From Bdellovibrionales bacterium (lineage in GTDB: Bacteria; Bdellovibrionota; Bdellovibrionia; Bdellovibrionales; UBA1609): a stretch of DNA of 64,000 nucleotides. Both the position numbers and the translations under genes were made by a program. Each line of letters starts with the position of its first letter. The first letter of the stretch is position 1. The stretch is taken from contig JAWLHR010000007.1 of assembly GCA_041690295.1 (NCBI GenBank), forward strand, positions 1 to 64,000. Reading direction: 5' to 3'. Shown here in pieces: positions 27,523-37,464 of this stretch. The notes beneath the pieces were generated by a model that was not told the DNA's origin, did no database searches, and worked only from the letters and a program-made list of their open reading frames with translations.

Positions 27523-28619
27523 CTCCATGAGGCTTTCAGCGATCGGACAGCCACCAAAAAGAAAACCAGGTTAACCATCCAAAGCGCGAGTCCCGCCGAA
27601 ATAACGCCATTTCGCGCGAGACTTTCAGCGGTCACGTACAAAATCCAATAACTGATGAGAACCACCAGACAAAGAACGAATCCGCCACCTTTGGCGGAGC
27701 GCCGATTGGTGACCGTTCCAAGACCCACCCCCAGCAGCGCGAATATGATGCAGGCGAGGGAAAGCGACCATCGACGGTGATACTCAATGCTCAGCTTGCG
27801 GCGATCCTTTGGTGAAAGATCAGCGCGATTGAGCTCAGTCCGCAGTTCATCCAAAGTCAAAGACGGCGGAGATTTCTTCTTTTCCGAGAATTGGTAAGGG
27901 TCGAAGAGATTAATGTCGTAATTCACAAAGTCCACTTTGGTGTAAGTGTCCTGGTGGGTTCGGTGAATGTTGCCGTTGCTTAGCCGCAAAAGCGCGCTTA
28001 AGCCCGCCGGCGTTTTTTCATGAATCAAATGACCTTCCTTGGCGATAATGGTCACCGGCGCTTTGGGGTCGCGCTCGTCATAGATGAACACGTCGTTCAT
28101 CATGCCGGCTTTGGAATCGACCTTATTGGCGTACACCACGAGATCGAAAAATCCTTCGGAGAAAACACCCTCGCGCAAAGTGGCGCCGACCTTTTGTTGG
28201 CCTAGTTCATTCATGAGAACTTCGAAGCGGCGGTTCCCCCAAGGTCCGAGATAAAAGGACGTCTGGGCGGACATTAACGTCGCGGCGCCGGCCAGTATCA
28301 ATGCGGGAACCGTGAGTTGCGCCATGCTCAAACCGATGGATTTAAACGCCACGATTTCCGAGTCATTGGAAAGCCGGCTGTAAGTGAGCAAAACACTGAA
28401 AAGCAAACTCATCGGCAGTATGACGGGCAAAAAGCTAACGCTTAAATAGAGAATGAGTTGAAAAATGGTGCGGAGGCCGACTCCGTGCACGAGAACAAAT
28501 TCCGTCAGGCGCAGCGCCTGGAACATCAATAGAATCGAGACAAACACCAGCACTCCCATCAGGAATGCGGGCAAGGTCTCAAAAAAGATGTACCGAACAG
28601 CGTGGAGTCCGCGCATCAC
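27519..28619 (-). CDS. lptF: LPS export ABC transporter permease LptF
   Basis: YjgP/YjgQ family (RLSNDSEIVAFKSIG), TM helices flanking a periplasmic domain; coupled to the kdsA-like gene. Confidence 0.85.
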   Translation of the reverse strand: MMRGLHAVRYIFFETLPAFLMGVLVFVSILLMFQALRLTEFVLVHGVGLRTIFQLILYLSVSFLPVILPMSLLFSVLLTYSRLSNDSEIVAFKSIGLSMAQLTVPALILAGAATLMSAQTSFYLGPWGNRRFEVLMNELGQQKVGATLREGVFSEGFFDLVVYANKVDSKAGMMNDVFIYDERDPKAPVTIIAKEGHLIHEKTPAGLSALLRLSNGNIHRTHQDTYTKVDFVNYDINLFDPYQFSEKKKSPPSLTLDELRTELNRADLSPKDRRKLSIEYHRRWSLSLACIIFALLGVGLGTVTNRRSAKGGGFVLCLVVLISYWILYVTAESLARNGVISAGLALWMVNLVFFLVAVRSLKASWS

Positions 28620-29533
28620 AAGTGCGGTGTCTGAAAGGTACCCACGTTCTCAGGCCGGCCGATCGCTTTGCGCACGGCAAGGGACATTTTTAAAAGCGCT
28701 TCCATGTTGTCCATCTGCATCTGCGAAGCCGCATCACATTTGGCGCTCATGGGATTCGGGTGCGCTTCCAAGAAGAGCGCATCCGCGCCCGCCGCGACCG
28801 CCGCGAGTGTGAGATGGGGAACGAAACGAGGCTCGCCTCCAGCCGGATCGGAGCTGGAGATTCCATAAAGCCGGATGACATGAGTGGCATCAAAACAAGC
28901 GGGCACGCCCATTTGCTGCATGATCGGGATGGAGCGCATGTCCGCCACTAAACGGTTATATCCAAAACAGGCTCCACGCTCGGTCAGTAGCACGTTTTGA
29001 TTGCCGGTGGAGCGGATCTTTCCGACGGCGCTGTCCATGGTTTCGGGAGCAAGGAACTGTCCCTTTTTCACGTTGATGGCTTTGCCGGTCTGTCCGCAGG
29101 CCAAAACCAACGAAGTTTGCTGGCACATGTAAGCGGGGATCTGCAAAACATCCACGTGCTCCGCGACGATGTCGACGTCTTCCGTGCGATGAACATCGGT
29201 GAGTACCGGAATGCCGAATTCTTGGCGCACGCTTTTGAGGATTTTCAAGCCTTCCTCGCTCATCGGTCCGCGCCAGTTCTTTTCACTGCCGCGATTGTCC
29301 TTTTCGTAGGACGATTTGAAAATGAGGGGAATGCCCACGCGCTGGGTGATATCCACCAAGCGGCGCGCGGCTTCGAAGACCAGTTCTTTGGAGTCGATGA
29401 CACAGGGCCCGGAAATCAACGCCAACGGTTGACCGTCGCCGATCACGATTTTTTCACGACCGCCTTCAACCACGAACCGGCGGGGTGGCAGGGTTATGGT
29501 TTCCTGGCGGGTTTTAGTCTGGTTTTGATTCAT
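28616..29533 (-). CDS. kdsA: KDO8P synthase family enzyme (divergent active-site motifs)
   Basis: GPCVI, NVKKGQF, TERG, FDATH and LEAHP motifs; upstream of lptF. Confidence 0.85.
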   Translation of the reverse strand: MNQNQTKTRQETITLPPRRFVVEGGREKIVIGDGQPLALISGPCVIDSKELVFEAARRLVDITQRVGIPLIFKSSYEKDNRGSEKNWRGPMSEEGLKILKSVRQEFGIPVLTDVHRTEDVDIVAEHVDVLQIPAYMCQQTSLVLACGQTGKAINVKKGQFLAPETMDSAVGKIRSTGNQNVLLTERGACFGYNRLVADMRSIPIMQQMGVPACFDATHVIRLYGISSSDPAGGEPRFVPHLTLAAVAAGADALFLEAHPNPMSAKCDAASQMQMDNMEALLKMSLAVRKAIGRPENVGTFQTPHL

Positions 29534-29675
29534 GAGGACCCTTTCAAAGGTTGGATTTTCGCCGCAGGCGCAAATCGAGGCGGCCGCGGCATTTCCCAGT
29601 ATATAATCACATCCCCGGTTCCTGTCCATGGTCGAGTTGACCGCCTGGAAAGGCGGAGAGGATAATTAAAGCACT

Positions 29676-30407
29676 ATGTTGCGCGTCCTCATGGTTCTCG
29701 AAGATTACGGCGAGTTGATGTTCCTGCAAACCGTGTTGAAAAAGATCGGTTTTGACGTCGATTCCACCCAGAACACCCGAATGGTCGGCGACGCGCTTTT
29801 GAGCCTGAATCCGGAAGTGGTGGTCATGACGGCCGCGGGAAAGCGTATACGTGGACTGGATATCGCCGGGACGATCAAGAAGATCCGTGGCTTTCCCAAA
29901 ATCATCTTGATTCGTTCCACGTCTTTAACCTTTGATCCCACCAGTAACCCGGCGGTGGACGGCTGGTTGGACAGCCCGGTCGGCGCCCCTGATTTATTGG
30001 CGAAGATCGCCGAGCTCGCGGGCCTTGATAATCAAAGTCTGCAAGACAAACTTCTTAAACTTAGAGTTCAAGACGGCGATGACGGGACGGAAGGTGTTCG
30101 CATCTTCAAATCCGATCCTGAAAAACCCGATATCTTCGTGCCGCCGTCGGCGCCTCCGCATACGGAAGCGCAGCGAGAACCGGGCTTTGGGATTTTGAAA
30201 GGTTCCACTCTGACGCCCGAGGCGCGTTCGGAAAAATACAAGAAATACATCGAGCAACCCAAGCCGCCCCATGATGGCTTCGCTCTGAAGGACGTGCAGG
30301 AGCAGATCAAAGAATTACGCCGTCAGGAAGAAGAGGCGGATCTCGAAGAACTCGAACGTCAGCGCCGGGCGTTCGTGGAGCATCTCTTCAAAAAGAAAGT
30401 CGGTTAA
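29676..30407 (+). CDS. Pseudo-receiver (CheY-like) domain protein with a charged C-terminal helix
   Basis: Receiver-fold pattern, but Thr at the phosphoacceptor position (VVVMT) and no conserved Lys (WLDSP). Confidence 0.7.
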   Translation: MLRVLMVLEDYGELMFLQTVLKKIGFDVDSTQNTRMVGDALLSLNPEVVVMTAAGKRIRGLDIAGTIKKIRGFPKIILIRSTSLTFDPTSNPAVDGWLDSPVGAPDLLAKIAELAGLDNQSLQDKLLKLRVQDGDDGTEGVRIFKSDPEKPDIFVPPSAPPHTEAQREPGFGILKGSTLTPEARSEKYKKYIEQPKPPHDGFALKDVQEQIKELRRQEEEADLEELERQRRAFVEHLFKKKVG

Positions 30408-32266
30408 GCGCCCCGCCGCTTGATTCGGCCGAACAAGGTTTCCACCACGCTCGTGACTTCACTGAAAAGATCTTTGTTGGCGCCTCGCTTTTCCACCTCG
30501 GCGAGAATTTTCTTGAGCTCCTGTTTGGCCGCGGTCAGGCGGGGATCGAGCACATGCGCCGCTCGGAACGCTTCGATGGCTTTGTCGTAGTGGCGCTTGG
30601 TTCGATAATAAATCCCTTTGGCCATCAGATAGGGCGCGGAATGACGCTCTTCCGGCGGAACTTGATCGAGGGTGTAATCGCGGTAATTGCGATCACATTT
30701 CAAGCCGGCCCAAATGCGATAGGATTTCAGGTCGCGGAATTCAAGACGCCGATCCAAAAGATTCTGGAACTTTTTCGCGGCTTCGCGGGCTTGACCGTTT
30801 TGGAGTTCCAAGATGGCGGCGCGGAAAACGGGTTCGTTTTCCATCATCTCCTGAGCCCGTTTGTTTTGCTGTTGCAGAACGTAGCGGTTGCGTTTTGAAT
30901 CATCCGTCAGAGTCTCATAAGCCAGGCGGATGGTTTCAAAGACCTTGGTGGCTTTCACCAGAACCGAAGGCGGACACTCTTTGGGGAGATTTTCCGGATC
31001 GAAGTGTTCCTTAAGATCCGCGAACGCTTTATTGAGTTCGTTGTTGTGGGCCTTTTCCCCGACGCCGAGAATTTGGAAAAAGCTTTGTTGTTGAAAATCC
31101 ACCAGCATCTTATCAAGCCGATGTTCAAGAAACGCGAAATCACGCGGAGGTTCGCCTTTGGCGCCGATCGTGGCGCTTCCCCTGATCAGGCTCCGGAACA
31201 AGTAAACCAAATCTTTTTTCTCGTTGAATTCGGAGTTTGAGAGAAGTTCACTGATCGAGATTTCCTCATTGATTTTAGGGTGAAAATCACCTTGAAGTTT
31301 GAAGCTGCCCCAAAGCAGAAGCTGCGAGCGGATTTCATCCAGGGACAGTTTGGACTGAACCCAGTCATGGGCCAACGCCTCGTAGCGCACGGGATTGAGC
31401 GCGTAGTCGGGAGGCGGAAATTTTTTGGCCGACCACTGAATCGAAACCACTCCCTTTTGCAGAGTTTGACTGAGCCGGAGCGCGAGCTGCTCTTCCATGA
31501 TCACATGGATGGCATGCGGACTGAGTGAAAACGATTGAATCAGTTTTTGTCCGATCAAATGGCGTGATGGACTTTTCAACGCTTCCATCACGTCATCCGG
31601 GGAAACAAAACCGAAGCTGACCGCGAGGCCCCCGAAATAGGAGCTTTTATCCGGTGTGCGCACGAGAAAGATTTTTCCTTCCCAAAATCCCACCGTGTAC
31701 ATGTCTCCGATGGCGCTGATGAGGGTCAATTCGCCCGTGAGATTGGTTTTTTGCATATGCCGGAAAATGATGGGCAGGTGGACGGAACTTATGGGCGATT
31801 CCTGCTCGATCAATTTCACCAGCTGAGGCGCCGTCGGTATTTCAAGGTCGTAAAGCGACAATAGAGGAGGGGTGTCGTCGGAAATATCGTGTTTCAATGC
31901 GTCTTCGACGCGCGCGAGGACCTGGTTGAGATCGAGCGGTTTGTCGAAGAATTCCAAGGCGCCGGTCCGCTCACAGGCTTCCTTGATGAACTTTCGGTCT
32001 TTGAAGATTCCGCTAAATAGAAAAACTTTAGGACGGTTGAAGCCTAGAGCCAGAATTTCTTCCACCAGATCCACGCCGTTCATCCGCGGGAGCATGCAGT
32101 CCACCATCAGAAGATGAAATTCCGTTCTTTGCGCCGCGGTCAGCGCTTGCACACTGGATTGGCACCACGTCACCGCGTATCCGGCGCGCTTGAAGATCTC
32201 AGACAAGGCTTTGCCTTGAGTAGCGTCGTCGTCCACGACAAGGATGTGAATCCGGCTCTTCTTCAT
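30404..32266 (-). CDS. Response regulator with central DUF4388-like region, J-like domain and C-terminal TPR
   Basis: Intact receiver (VVDDD, LMVDCMLP, DKP); J-like segment FFQILGV...FDPE...AYETL; TPR at the end. Confidence 0.8.
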   Translation of the reverse strand: MKKSRIHILVVDDDATQGKALSEIFKRAGYAVTWCQSSVQALTAAQRTEFHLLMVDCMLPRMNGVDLVEEILALGFNRPKVFLFSGIFKDRKFIKEACERTGALEFFDKPLDLNQVLARVEDALKHDISDDTPPLLSLYDLEIPTAPQLVKLIEQESPISSVHLPIIFRHMQKTNLTGELTLISAIGDMYTVGFWEGKIFLVRTPDKSSYFGGLAVSFGFVSPDDVMEALKSPSRHLIGQKLIQSFSLSPHAIHVIMEEQLALRLSQTLQKGVVSIQWSAKKFPPPDYALNPVRYEALAHDWVQSKLSLDEIRSQLLLWGSFKLQGDFHPKINEEISISELLSNSEFNEKKDLVYLFRSLIRGSATIGAKGEPPRDFAFLEHRLDKMLVDFQQQSFFQILGVGEKAHNNELNKAFADLKEHFDPENLPKECPPSVLVKATKVFETIRLAYETLTDDSKRNRYVLQQQNKRAQEMMENEPVFRAAILELQNGQAREAAKKFQNLLDRRLEFRDLKSYRIWAGLKCDRNYRDYTLDQVPPEERHSAPYLMAKGIYYRTKRHYDKAIEAFRAAHVLDPRLTAAKQELKKILAEVEKRGANKDLFSEVTSVVETLFGRIKRRGA

Positions 32267-32409
32267 GATTCCAACTCATCGGAATTTCGCGGATTATTTT
32301 GAACGGTTCGCGGCGATCCAACGCCCATCGTCAATGCCCGACCTGGTCTTGCGCCTGGGTTCGCCGAATGTGTATCTTTAGTCGAATATTCAGCTTGAGG
32401 AGGACCTAA

Positions 32410-32739
32410 ATGGCAGGAACACACACCACCCCTGTGACCGACGGAAGTTTTGAGAATGAGGTGTTAAAATCATCGATTCCGGTATTGGTCGACTTTTGGG
32501 CGGAGTGGTGCGGCCCGTGCCGGGCCCTTGGTCCTAAACTTGAGGAAATCGCCCAGGAAATGAAGGACAAGGTCCGGATCGTTAAACTGAATGTGGATGA
32601 AAACCCGACCATGCCGGCCAAATACGGTGTGCGGGGCATCCCCACGATGATCCTGTTCAAAGACGGCAAAGAAGTCGATCAAATCGTCGGCAATCACCCC
32701 AAAGAAAACATCTTAGCTTTGCTTCAGAAGCACGCTTAG
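32410..32739 (+). CDS. trxA: Thioredoxin
   Basis: WCGPC motif; GAGGAGG RBS. Confidence 0.97.
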   Translation: MAGTHTTPVTDGSFENEVLKSSIPVLVDFWAEWCGPCRALGPKLEEIAQEMKDKVRIVKLNVDENPTMPAKYGVRGIPTMILFKDGKEVDQIVGNHPKENILALLQKHA

Positions 32740-32821
32740 TGGAGTGATCGGGGTCACCCGCTGGCTGGTCCGCGCTTGAAAAAATGATTTTTATGGTCTT
32801 TCAATGATTTCAGTGAATCAC

Positions 32822-32841
32822 AACTGGGCCCGGGCACAGTT
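32822..32841. repeat. Short imperfect palindromic repeat, copy 1 (AACTGGGCCCGGGCACAGTT)
   Basis: 17/20 identical to 48219-48238; both lie between convergent 3' ends. Confidence 0.5.
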
Positions 32842-33647
32842 CATTTCAACGGGCGAACGGCCGTCATTGAAAACGTATTTGGAATTCGCGTCCGCTCCTC
32901 ATCCGAAAGATGGGGGAATTCCTCCCAATACTTGTCCGGATATTCTTTAAGTTCTTTGAGAACAAGACCTGCCTGAATAAGGGAGTTAACAACTTCACCG
33001 AGCGGCCACGCGCGCTCATATTTCCTTTGTTGCTCCCTCACGTTGTCTTTGATTTTCCCGACGTAGGCTTCGGTCCAATCCTGACTTTCATAAGGTTCTT
33101 TGGAGAAATAACCTTTGTAGGCCGGATCGAGGGTTAATTTGTTCGCCGTGGTGTCGAACATGTAGGTGATGGGGTGGCCTTCAAATATAAAGAAAATTCC
33201 GCCGGGTTTGAGAAGCCGGAAGACCACTTTCGCCCAAAGGGAAATATCCATGATCCAGTTGATCGCCCCTTGGCCTGTGTAGACCAGATCGGCGGTCTCG
33301 TTCAAAGTTTCAGGAGTCTCCAAAACGTCGCAGGCGAACCACTTGGCATTGACGCCTAGTTTTTTCGTTTTCTCTTCAGCGACGGTGATCATTTCTTCGG
33401 CGATATCAACCCCGATCACCTCTTTAAAGCCGGCATTGAGAAAGGACAGCGTATCGGTGCCGCCCGCGCATTGCAGGTGGATGCAACGGCCGCGTTGGAT
33501 TTGGACTTTCGCCAAAAAATCCAATTCCGGTTTGAGTAGGCTGCTGCCTCCGGATTTCAGCAGCTCACAACTTTTTTCAATGGCTTCGCGATACTTCAAC
33601 GCGGCTTCGTTCCACGCCAAACGGTTTTGTTCATGAATTTTGCGCAT
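32841..33647 (-). CDS. Class I SAM-dependent methyltransferase
   Basis: IHLQCAGGTD motif I, IGVDIA, DLVYTG, LLKPGG. Confidence 0.9.
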   Translation of the reverse strand: MRKIHEQNRLAWNEAALKYREAIEKSCELLKSGGSSLLKPELDFLAKVQIQRGRCIHLQCAGGTDTLSFLNAGFKEVIGVDIAEEMITVAEEKTKKLGVNAKWFACDVLETPETLNETADLVYTGQGAINWIMDISLWAKVVFRLLKPGGIFFIFEGHPITYMFDTTANKLTLDPAYKGYFSKEPYESQDWTEAYVGKIKDNVREQQRKYERAWPLGEVVNSLIQAGLVLKELKEYPDKYWEEFPHLSDEERTRIPNTFSMTAVRPLK

Positions 33648-33698
33648 AGGAGAAAGGTATACTTGTTGAGCCGCAACAGTCAGGCCCGGTACCGCTCT

Positions 33699-33740
33699 TT
33701 TACGCAATGTACAATGGGCGCCCATTGTACATTGCGTAAA
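33699..33740. repeat. Perfect 42-bp palindrome with no spacer
   Basis: TTTACGCAATGTACAATGGGC|GCCCATTGTACATTGCGTAAA, checked base by base. Confidence 0.95.
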
Positions 33741-33773
33741 GCTCCGCTCCTGTGCGGGCCGACGAAATTCGCC

Positions 33774-34919
33774 TCAAAATAAATACCTTCGGTACGCCAC
33801 CGATGAGATCAGACCGAGTCCGATCATCGTTGTCAGCATACTTGATCCGCCGTAGGAGAGCAGGGGCAGCGGCACCCCCACGATGGGCAGGATGCCAATC
33901 ACCATCCCCATGTTCACGAAGACGTGCCAGAACATGTAAGCCAGGACGCCGACCACCAGGAGCGCCCCGGCTTTTTCCCGCGCGTTGATGGCGATCCTTA
34001 TGCTCATCAAATACAAGATGATGAATAACCCCAGCGTGGTCACGCTGCCGATGAATCCATGCTCTTCGCTCAACACACTGAAAATAAAGTCGGTGTGGCG
34101 CTCGGGAAGAAATTCAAGTTGCGACTGTGTTCCTTTGCGAAAACCTTTACCCAGGATTTTTCCGCTACCCACCGCGATTTTGGATTGAATGGAGTTGTAT
34201 CCGGTCCCGCGCGGATCACGGCCCGGCGAGATGAAGGTGAGCACCCGGTTCTTCTGATATTCTTTAAGACCGAAATTCCAAACGATGGGAGCGGCCAGAG
34301 TGGTGACGATGGCGAGAAAAACCAGAATGGATCGGTTCACGCCGACAAACATCAATATGCTTCCCGAAATGGCGCACAAAAGCATCGCCGTTCCCAAATC
34401 CGGCTGTTTGGCGGTAAGGACGGCGGGAACCAAGGCCAGTCCGAGTGGCCAAGCCAGCTCAATCACACCCATTCCCGTGGTCTTTTCCCTTTGTGAAAGC
34501 ACTCGGGCCAAAACCAAAATCAAAACCAGTTTCATTGTTTCCGACGGCTGAAAGCGAAAAAACCCGAAATCCAGCCAGCGGGTCGCGCCCAGCGAAGTTT
34601 TGCCGAAAAACTCCACCGCCAACAAGGCCGCGAAGTTCAATCCATAAAGCACGAACGCCGAACGTATCAGCACCTTATAATCCAGCAAGGTGATACCCAG
34701 GTAAACCGCCCAACCGAGGCTCAACCAGGCCAGTTGCATCCAGAACAGATCCAATCTCCCTTTGGAGAATAAACCATGAGTGGCGCTGTAAAGATTGATC
34801 AGGCCGATCACGTTCAACGCCAAAATCACGAACGCGAAATTAAAATCCAGACGGGAGAGCAAGTTGCGCTCTTCCACTTGTAAACCCGAGCGGCCCATGA
34901 AGTCTGATCCGAGTTTCAT
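33774..34919 (-). CDS. rodA: Rod shape-determining protein RodA
   Basis: QPSE, QPDLGT, LPERHTDFIF and SYGGSS motifs; follows mrdA. Alternative start ATG 34898. Confidence 0.97.
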   Translation of the reverse strand: MKLGSDFMGRSGLQVEERNLLSRLDFNFAFVILALNVIGLINLYSATHGLFSKGRLDLFWMQLAWLSLGWAVYLGITLLDYKVLIRSAFVLYGLNFAALLAVEFFGKTSLGATRWLDFGFFRFQPSETMKLVLILVLARVLSQREKTTGMGVIELAWPLGLALVPAVLTAKQPDLGTAMLLCAISGSILMFVGVNRSILVFLAIVTTLAAPIVWNFGLKEYQKNRVLTFISPGRDPRGTGYNSIQSKIAVGSGKILGKGFRKGTQSQLEFLPERHTDFIFSVLSEEHGFIGSVTTLGLFIILYLMSIRIAINAREKAGALLVVGVLAYMFWHVFVNMGMVIGILPIVGVPLPLLSYGGSSMLTTMIGLGLISSVAYRRYLF

Positions 34920-36925
34920 TCCGCCTCCTCGCGCACCGAAAGATCCACCGCCGGTGGTTGGGAAGCGGGCGCTTTTAAGCGGGCTTTCTTTTCCACCGCG
35001 GCTTTGATCAATTCCGGATGATATTTTTCAAAGTAGGCTTTGATAACATCGCGGCCGACCGGCGCGGCTCCGCGTGATCCCGAACACGAATGTTGCGCCA
35101 AAACCGCCACGGTGATTTCAGGATTTTGCACGGGCGCGAAAGCCACGAACCAACCATGATGACGCTGGAAAACAGGACGCGCGTCACAGCGATCATAAAT
35201 TTCATCGGCCGACCACGAACGAACCTGAGTGGTCCCCGTTTTGCCCGCCATTTCGATGCCGTCGATTCGCGCCCCGCGAGCCGTGCCCCGTTCTCCATGC
35301 ACCACCCGGCGCATGCCCTCTTTCACGGTTTTAAAATGCTCTTGTGGAATGATGACGCCGAATTCATTTTCCTGAGTGGCGTCTCTCAGCACCTCGGGCT
35401 CGAATTCCTGAAGGGTTTTGCTTTCCTGATTCAAAACGCGCTTAATGAGGAAAGGCTTCATCACCTTGCCATCAAGCGCGATCGAGTTGTACGCCATGGC
35501 CATTTGCAAGGCGGTAACCAGCACGAAACCTTGTCCGATCGCATTGCTTAGGTTTTCGCCCGGCTGCCACTCTTCACCTAACTTTTTCAGTTTCCACTCC
35601 GAAGTGGGAATGACACCGGAAACTTCATTGGACAAAGTGATATTGGATTTTTGTCCCAGACCGAGCAAGCGGGCATAGGGCGCGATCCGATCGATGGTCA
35701 GCTGAATGCCCATTTTATAAAAGAAAACGTTACTTGAAACTTCAAGGGCCTGCATCACGTTGATGTTCCCGTACCCGGAGCGGCTGTGATCGTGATAAAC
35801 GCGGCGGCCATACTTCAGCGCCGACGGAGCGTTGATATAGGTGTTGCGGGAAATCACTTTTTCCGAAAGGGCGGCGAGCGCCACGATGGGCTTGAATGTC
35901 GAACCCGGCATGAAGTGATCCTGGATCACTTTGTTGCGCAGGGGGCGGAACGGATCATTGATCAGCTTCGACCACACTTGAGGCGGGATTCCCGTCGAAA
36001 ATTCGTTCGGATCGTAGCTTGGCGTGGTGACCCAGGCGAGAATCTCGCCGTTAGAGCGCATGGCCACCATGCCACCGATGCGGGGGCCTATGCTGTCATT
36101 GCGATTCATCGCTTTGTACGCCGCTTCCTGAATGTCTTTGTCGATGGTTAAGACCAGATTGTTGCCGGGAAGAGCCGGCTGAGGTTTGAATCCATAGTAC
36201 AAACTGCTCTCGCCCGGAGCTTCACGCCCGCGGGCATCGACTTCAACAAACGAAACCCCGTCGCGTCCGCGGATGATCGGGTCGAAGGCTTCCTCCAGCC
36301 CGCTTTTACCGATGATATCGCCCTGTTCAAAAACCATTTTGCCGGCGAAGCGTTCATTGAGTCGGGTGAGCTGGTCTTTTGAGATTTCCGCCACATAGCC
36401 AAAAAGTTGCGCGCCATTGTGGGCAAGGCTGTAATACCTAAGGATCGATTCGTTGATATTCAGGCCCGGATTATCCCAACGCAGAAGTTTCAACTGGAAC
36501 ACTTCTGCCAGAGACAGGTTGTCCTTGATGCGAACAGCACGAAAGGGGCCGTCACGCCGCTGGCTCCGGCGCACATCTTCCACGATTTTCCGGGCCGGAA
36601 TATTGAGAACTTGGCCGACCTCTTCGGCGGTGGACTCAAGTTTTTTGGCGTACTGGGGAGAAATGGTGGCGTCAAAACCGGGAAGATTGTCGACCAGCAC
36701 GCGATTTTCGCGGTCCAAGAACAGGCCGCGCGGGGCGGGCAATTTGGTTTCTTTCACCCGATTCTTTTCGGAGTATTGGCGCAACTCCGTGCCCTGCAGA
36801 ATCTGCAAATACCAAAGACGGCCCACGATCAGCAGGCTCGCCATGGTGATCGCGGCGTAAAGCACCTTATATCGGGGCAGGTAGTCCTTGGCCTCGTCTT
36901 CAAATGACTGAACAAAATCCTTCAT
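34916..36925 (-). CDS. mrdA: Penicillin-binding protein 2
   Basis: PAPRG, STFK, SSN and KTGT motifs. Confidence 0.96.
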   Translation of the reverse strand: MKDFVQSFEDEAKDYLPRYKVLYAAITMASLLIVGRLWYLQILQGTELRQYSEKNRVKETKLPAPRGLFLDRENRVLVDNLPGFDATISPQYAKKLESTAEEVGQVLNIPARKIVEDVRRSQRRDGPFRAVRIKDNLSLAEVFQLKLLRWDNPGLNINESILRYYSLAHNGAQLFGYVAEISKDQLTRLNERFAGKMVFEQGDIIGKSGLEEAFDPIIRGRDGVSFVEVDARGREAPGESSLYYGFKPQPALPGNNLVLTIDKDIQEAAYKAMNRNDSIGPRIGGMVAMRSNGEILAWVTTPSYDPNEFSTGIPPQVWSKLINDPFRPLRNKVIQDHFMPGSTFKPIVALAALSEKVISRNTYINAPSALKYGRRVYHDHSRSGYGNINVMQALEVSSNVFFYKMGIQLTIDRIAPYARLLGLGQKSNITLSNEVSGVIPTSEWKLKKLGEEWQPGENLSNAIGQGFVLVTALQMAMAYNSIALDGKVMKPFLIKRVLNQESKTLQEFEPEVLRDATQENEFGVIIPQEHFKTVKEGMRRVVHGERGTARGARIDGIEMAGKTGTTQVRSWSADEIYDRCDARPVFQRHHGWFVAFAPVQNPEITVAVLAQHSCSGSRGAAPVGRDVIKAYFEKYHPELIKAAVEKKARLKAPASQPPAVDLSVREEAE

Positions 36926-37464
36926 CTTGGCCCTATATGATGTCCCTCAGCACCCGCGTCCTGCGCGGCCACCATGTCCACCAACTGATACAAACGATAA
37001 ATCGGAAAACTAAACAACATGGTCAAAAGCCCCGAAATCAGCCAATCAAAAATCTGTGGAACGCCCACGGGATTGGGCTCGAACCAACGGGACATCAACC
37101 AATAAAAAATCGGTGCGGCCATCGAGGCGGCGCCGACCATCAACATAAAAAATGTCGGTCCACCCCAATACACCCGTTCGCGAATCAAAACCAGGCTGAT
37201 CATCAGCATGAGGCTGAACACCAAGATGGCTCCCAAGGGAAACACCGTGAACGCCGAGTTGACGAGACTTAGCAGATAAACCATCAAGGTGGCTTCCCAA
37301 AGCGGGCGAGTCACGCTCATGTAAACCAAAACAATCAGCCAAAAAAGCGGCGGGGGGAAACTGCCGAAAAGCAAATACCAAAAGGATGATTGGAGTCCGT
37401 TGAGTACGGCGGCCACGATCAAGGCCAACAAAACGCTCAAAATCCAGTACCACGGGATCTTCAT
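36922..37464 (-). CDS. mreD: MreD-like membrane protein
   Basis: Hydrophobic 180-aa protein positioned between mreC and mrdA. Confidence 0.75.
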   Translation of the reverse strand: MKIPWYWILSVLLALIVAAVLNGLQSSFWYLLFGSFPPPLFWLIVLVYMSVTRPLWEATLMVYLLSLVNSAFTVFPLGAILVFSLMLMISLVLIRERVYWGGPTFFMLMVGAASMAAPIFYWLMSRWFEPNPVGVPQIFDWLISGLLTMLFSFPIYRLYQLVDMVAAQDAGAEGHHIGPR

